Shown here: piece by piece, positions 62,815 to 64,000 of the stretch
Layout of the letters: each line of letters opens with the position of its first letter
Position numbering within the stretch: the first letter of the stretch is position 1
From: a virus
Lineage: Duplodnaviria; Heunggongvirae; Uroviricota; Caudoviricetes
IMG/VR virus record: IMGVR_UViG_3300027628_000007
Strand: one strand, 5' to 3'
DNA: 64,000 nucleotides
Translations under genes and position numbers: made by a program
The notes under the pieces: model-generated
What the model was told of the DNA's origin: nothing
Database searches by the model: none
Seen by the model: only the letters and a program-made list of their open reading frames with translations

Positions 62815-63246
62815 TCAACCCTCCTTAATCTCTCTTAAATCCTCTTCTAGCGTTTCTACAGCGTATTCAAGTCTATCATTATGTACTTTATGTAAGGCAT
62901 CGTCAACATAGCCTTCAAATCGTTCATAAGCATTGATAATTCTTTTAAATTTATTTGCATTAGTTTCTGTAAATTTAGCCATTGCCAACAATCCTCTTCG
63001 ACTAAATGTTTCAGCACTGAATAGCACGCACTTTCCTAATATTCCTTTGATATCTTCGCTTGTATAGAAGTGGTGGTAAGACTTGTTAAATTCGTAAAGC
63101 TCATGCGGTTGAGGATGAATTTCTGGTCGATTCTTTAATACTACCATTTCCCCATTAACCATAACAGCTCCAAAGCTTACAACATCTATCAACATTTTAT
63201 TTGGTAAAGACCATCTAAGTTCTTGTACTAACTCTTCTCTATTCAT
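62815..63246 (-). CDS. hypothetical protein
   Basis: ORF track. Confidence 0.6.
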   Translation of the reverse strand: MNREELVQELRWSLPNKMLIDVVSFGAVMVNGEMVVLKNRPEIHPQPHELYEFNKSYHHFYTSEDIKGILGKCVLFSAETFSRRGLLAMAKFTETNANKFKRIINAYERFEGYVDDALHKVHNDRLEYAVETLEEDLREIKEG

Positions 63247-63476
63247 TTTAACCCCTCCACTAATCCTTTTATTTTTAAGATTTGCTCCTTTGTGTAACCC
63301 CTTGAATCCCTTAGGTTTAATGAGCCACCCATACTTTTGTAAACAGGAAGCCCAACCTTCTTTAGCTTATTGTATACTTCTTCGCTCAATCCATATGTGT
63401 CAGAGATTCTATACTTTCCGCTCATCGCCTTATAAACTACGAGTTTCATATTAACTCCCCCTTTAAAGCATACCAT
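63243..63476 (-). CDS. hypothetical protein
   Basis: ORF track. Confidence 0.55.
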   Translation of the reverse strand: MVCFKGGVNMKLVVYKAMSGKYRISDTYGLSEEVYNKLKKVGLPVYKSMGGSLNLRDSRGYTKEQILKIKGLVEGLK

Positions 63477-63624
63477 ATTTTACAAGATTTTGCCCCTTCA
63501 TCATAGCAATTCTTGCAGTTTTGTAGAATACTTCCAATTCATTTTCTGTAAGCTTGCGACCTAGTTCTGCTTCTACTTTTTCAAGTGTCTTATTCTTTAT
63601 TGTAGTGTATTCGTAGATATCCAT
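63463..63624 (-). CDS. small hypothetical protein (53 aa), not in ORF track
   Basis: RBS AAGGAGttgagcgaATG. Confidence 0.4.
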   Translation of the reverse strand: MDIYEYTTIKNKTLEKVEAELGRKLTENELEVFYKTARIAMMKGQNLVKYGML

Positions 63625-63670
63625 TCGCTCAACTCCTTGTTAAAATTAAGATTTTATTAACTATAATCCT

Positions 63671-63699
63671 ATTATAAACCCTTAATTATCTGCTGTCAA
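63671..63699 (-). promoter_or_regulatory. palindromic-class promoter: -35 inside ATCTGTTGACAGCAGAT, 17 bp, TATAAT
   Basis: attata aacccttaattatctgc tgtcaa cagatttt. Confidence 0.6.
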
Positions 63700-63705
63700 C
63701 AGATT

Positions 63706-63870
63706 TTATACTATTTTTACATGCCATTTACTTACTTCCCAAACTTCGTAATCATCATCTCTTACGTATAAAATTTGACCTCCTACTAAAATATCAACAA
63801 CCAAACCTTCTTTACGCCCCTCATCCGTAGGGAACTCAACTCTTGTTTCAAATACTTCAAACTCCATATC
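63706..63870 (-). CDS. small hypothetical protein; start moved to the ATG with perfect RBS (AGGAGGAAtagatATG)
   Basis: The track start at 63918 lacks an RBS; the internal M (MEFEVFETRV...) has AGGAGG. Confidence 0.5.
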   Translation of the reverse strand, partial: DMEFEVFETRVEFPTDEGRKEGLVVDILVGGQILYVRDDDYEVWEVSKWHVKIV

Positions 63871-63878
63871 TATTCCTC

Positions 63879-64000
63879 CTATAAGCTCATTTGGTCTACA
63901 TGACCGCATTGTGTGCATTTAATACTGATTTCGTCTGGATGTGTCTGCTTGGCTTCAAAATAACCCATATGATGGCGATTAATAGTGTCTGCAAACAACA
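63879..64000 (-). CDS. hypothetical zinc-ribbon protein, 5-prime end truncated by window edge
   Basis: Open frame from the edge to the TAG at 63879: ...EISIKCTQCGHVDQMSL. Confidence 0.4.
   Translation of the reverse strand, partial: LFADTINRHHMGYFEAKQTHPDEISIKCTQCGHVDQMSL

Noticed and set aside
1-64000. CRISPR array, tRNA or rRNA genes
   Set aside because: No direct-repeat/spacer periodicity was seen. The only recurring 29-nt unit is the promoter, which is spaced by whole genes. No cloverleaf-compatible GC-rich 70-90 nt segments or GTTCGAATC T-loop motifs were found in non-coding gaps.

Overview
This 64 kb window is low-GC (about one-third GC) and uniformly organised. Essentially every credible gene, more than 120, lies on the minus strand. 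The genes are short, tightly packed and often translationally coupled (ATGA/TAATG overlaps), with Gram-positive-type Shine-Dalgarno sites (AGGAGG/GGAGTG) and frequent TTG starts. Gene content and architecture are those of the early/middle (replication, nucleotide metabolism, host takeover) region of a large virulent tailed phage infecting a low-GC Gram-positive host. Recognisable replication genes are an ATP-dependent DNA ligase, a DnaB-like helicase with a Toprim primase-like gene, SSB, a RecA-like ATPase, a RecJ-like DHH protein and a bacterial-type two-subunit topoisomerase II. Nucleotide metabolism is covered by class Ib ribonucleotide reductase (nrdI, nrdE, nrdF) with a thioredoxin, dUTPase, guanylate kinase and a second P-loop nucleotide kinase. 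Three free-standing homing-endonuclease genes (HNH, GIY-YIG and an HNH/AP2-like ORF) are present. There are no structural or lysis genes, no rRNA or tRNA, no CRISPR array and no obvious integrase/attachment sites. The strongest non-coding signal is a family of about 28 near-identical sigmaA-type promoters (TTGACA, 17 bp, TGnTATAAT) all firing on the minus strand. Their spacers are conserved (CAAAAGATAATGA), and a subclass has the -35 embedded in a palindrome. There are also a few Rho-independent terminators. The most interesting content is a scattered set of candidate counter-defence enzymes among the many small orphan genes: (1) a polynucleotide kinase-HD phosphoesterase fusion next to an Rnl2-type RNA ligase (RNA healing/sealing); (2) a NADAR domain protein and a DarG-like macrodomain (reversal of DNA ADP-ribosylation, i.e. 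anti-DarTG); (3) a SpoT/Mesh1-like small alarmone hydrolase; (4) a NadR (NMN adenylyltransferase / ribosylnicotinamide kinase) gene and a PnuC transporter split by a homing-endonuclease-like ORF (NAD+ salvage, a candidate counter to NAD-depleting immunity); (5) an MNT-like nucleotidyltransferase next to a membrane J-domain protein; plus several paralogous lipoprotein and basic-tail gene pairs. All functional calls come from motif reading of the translated ORFs without database searches, and start codons are approximate.
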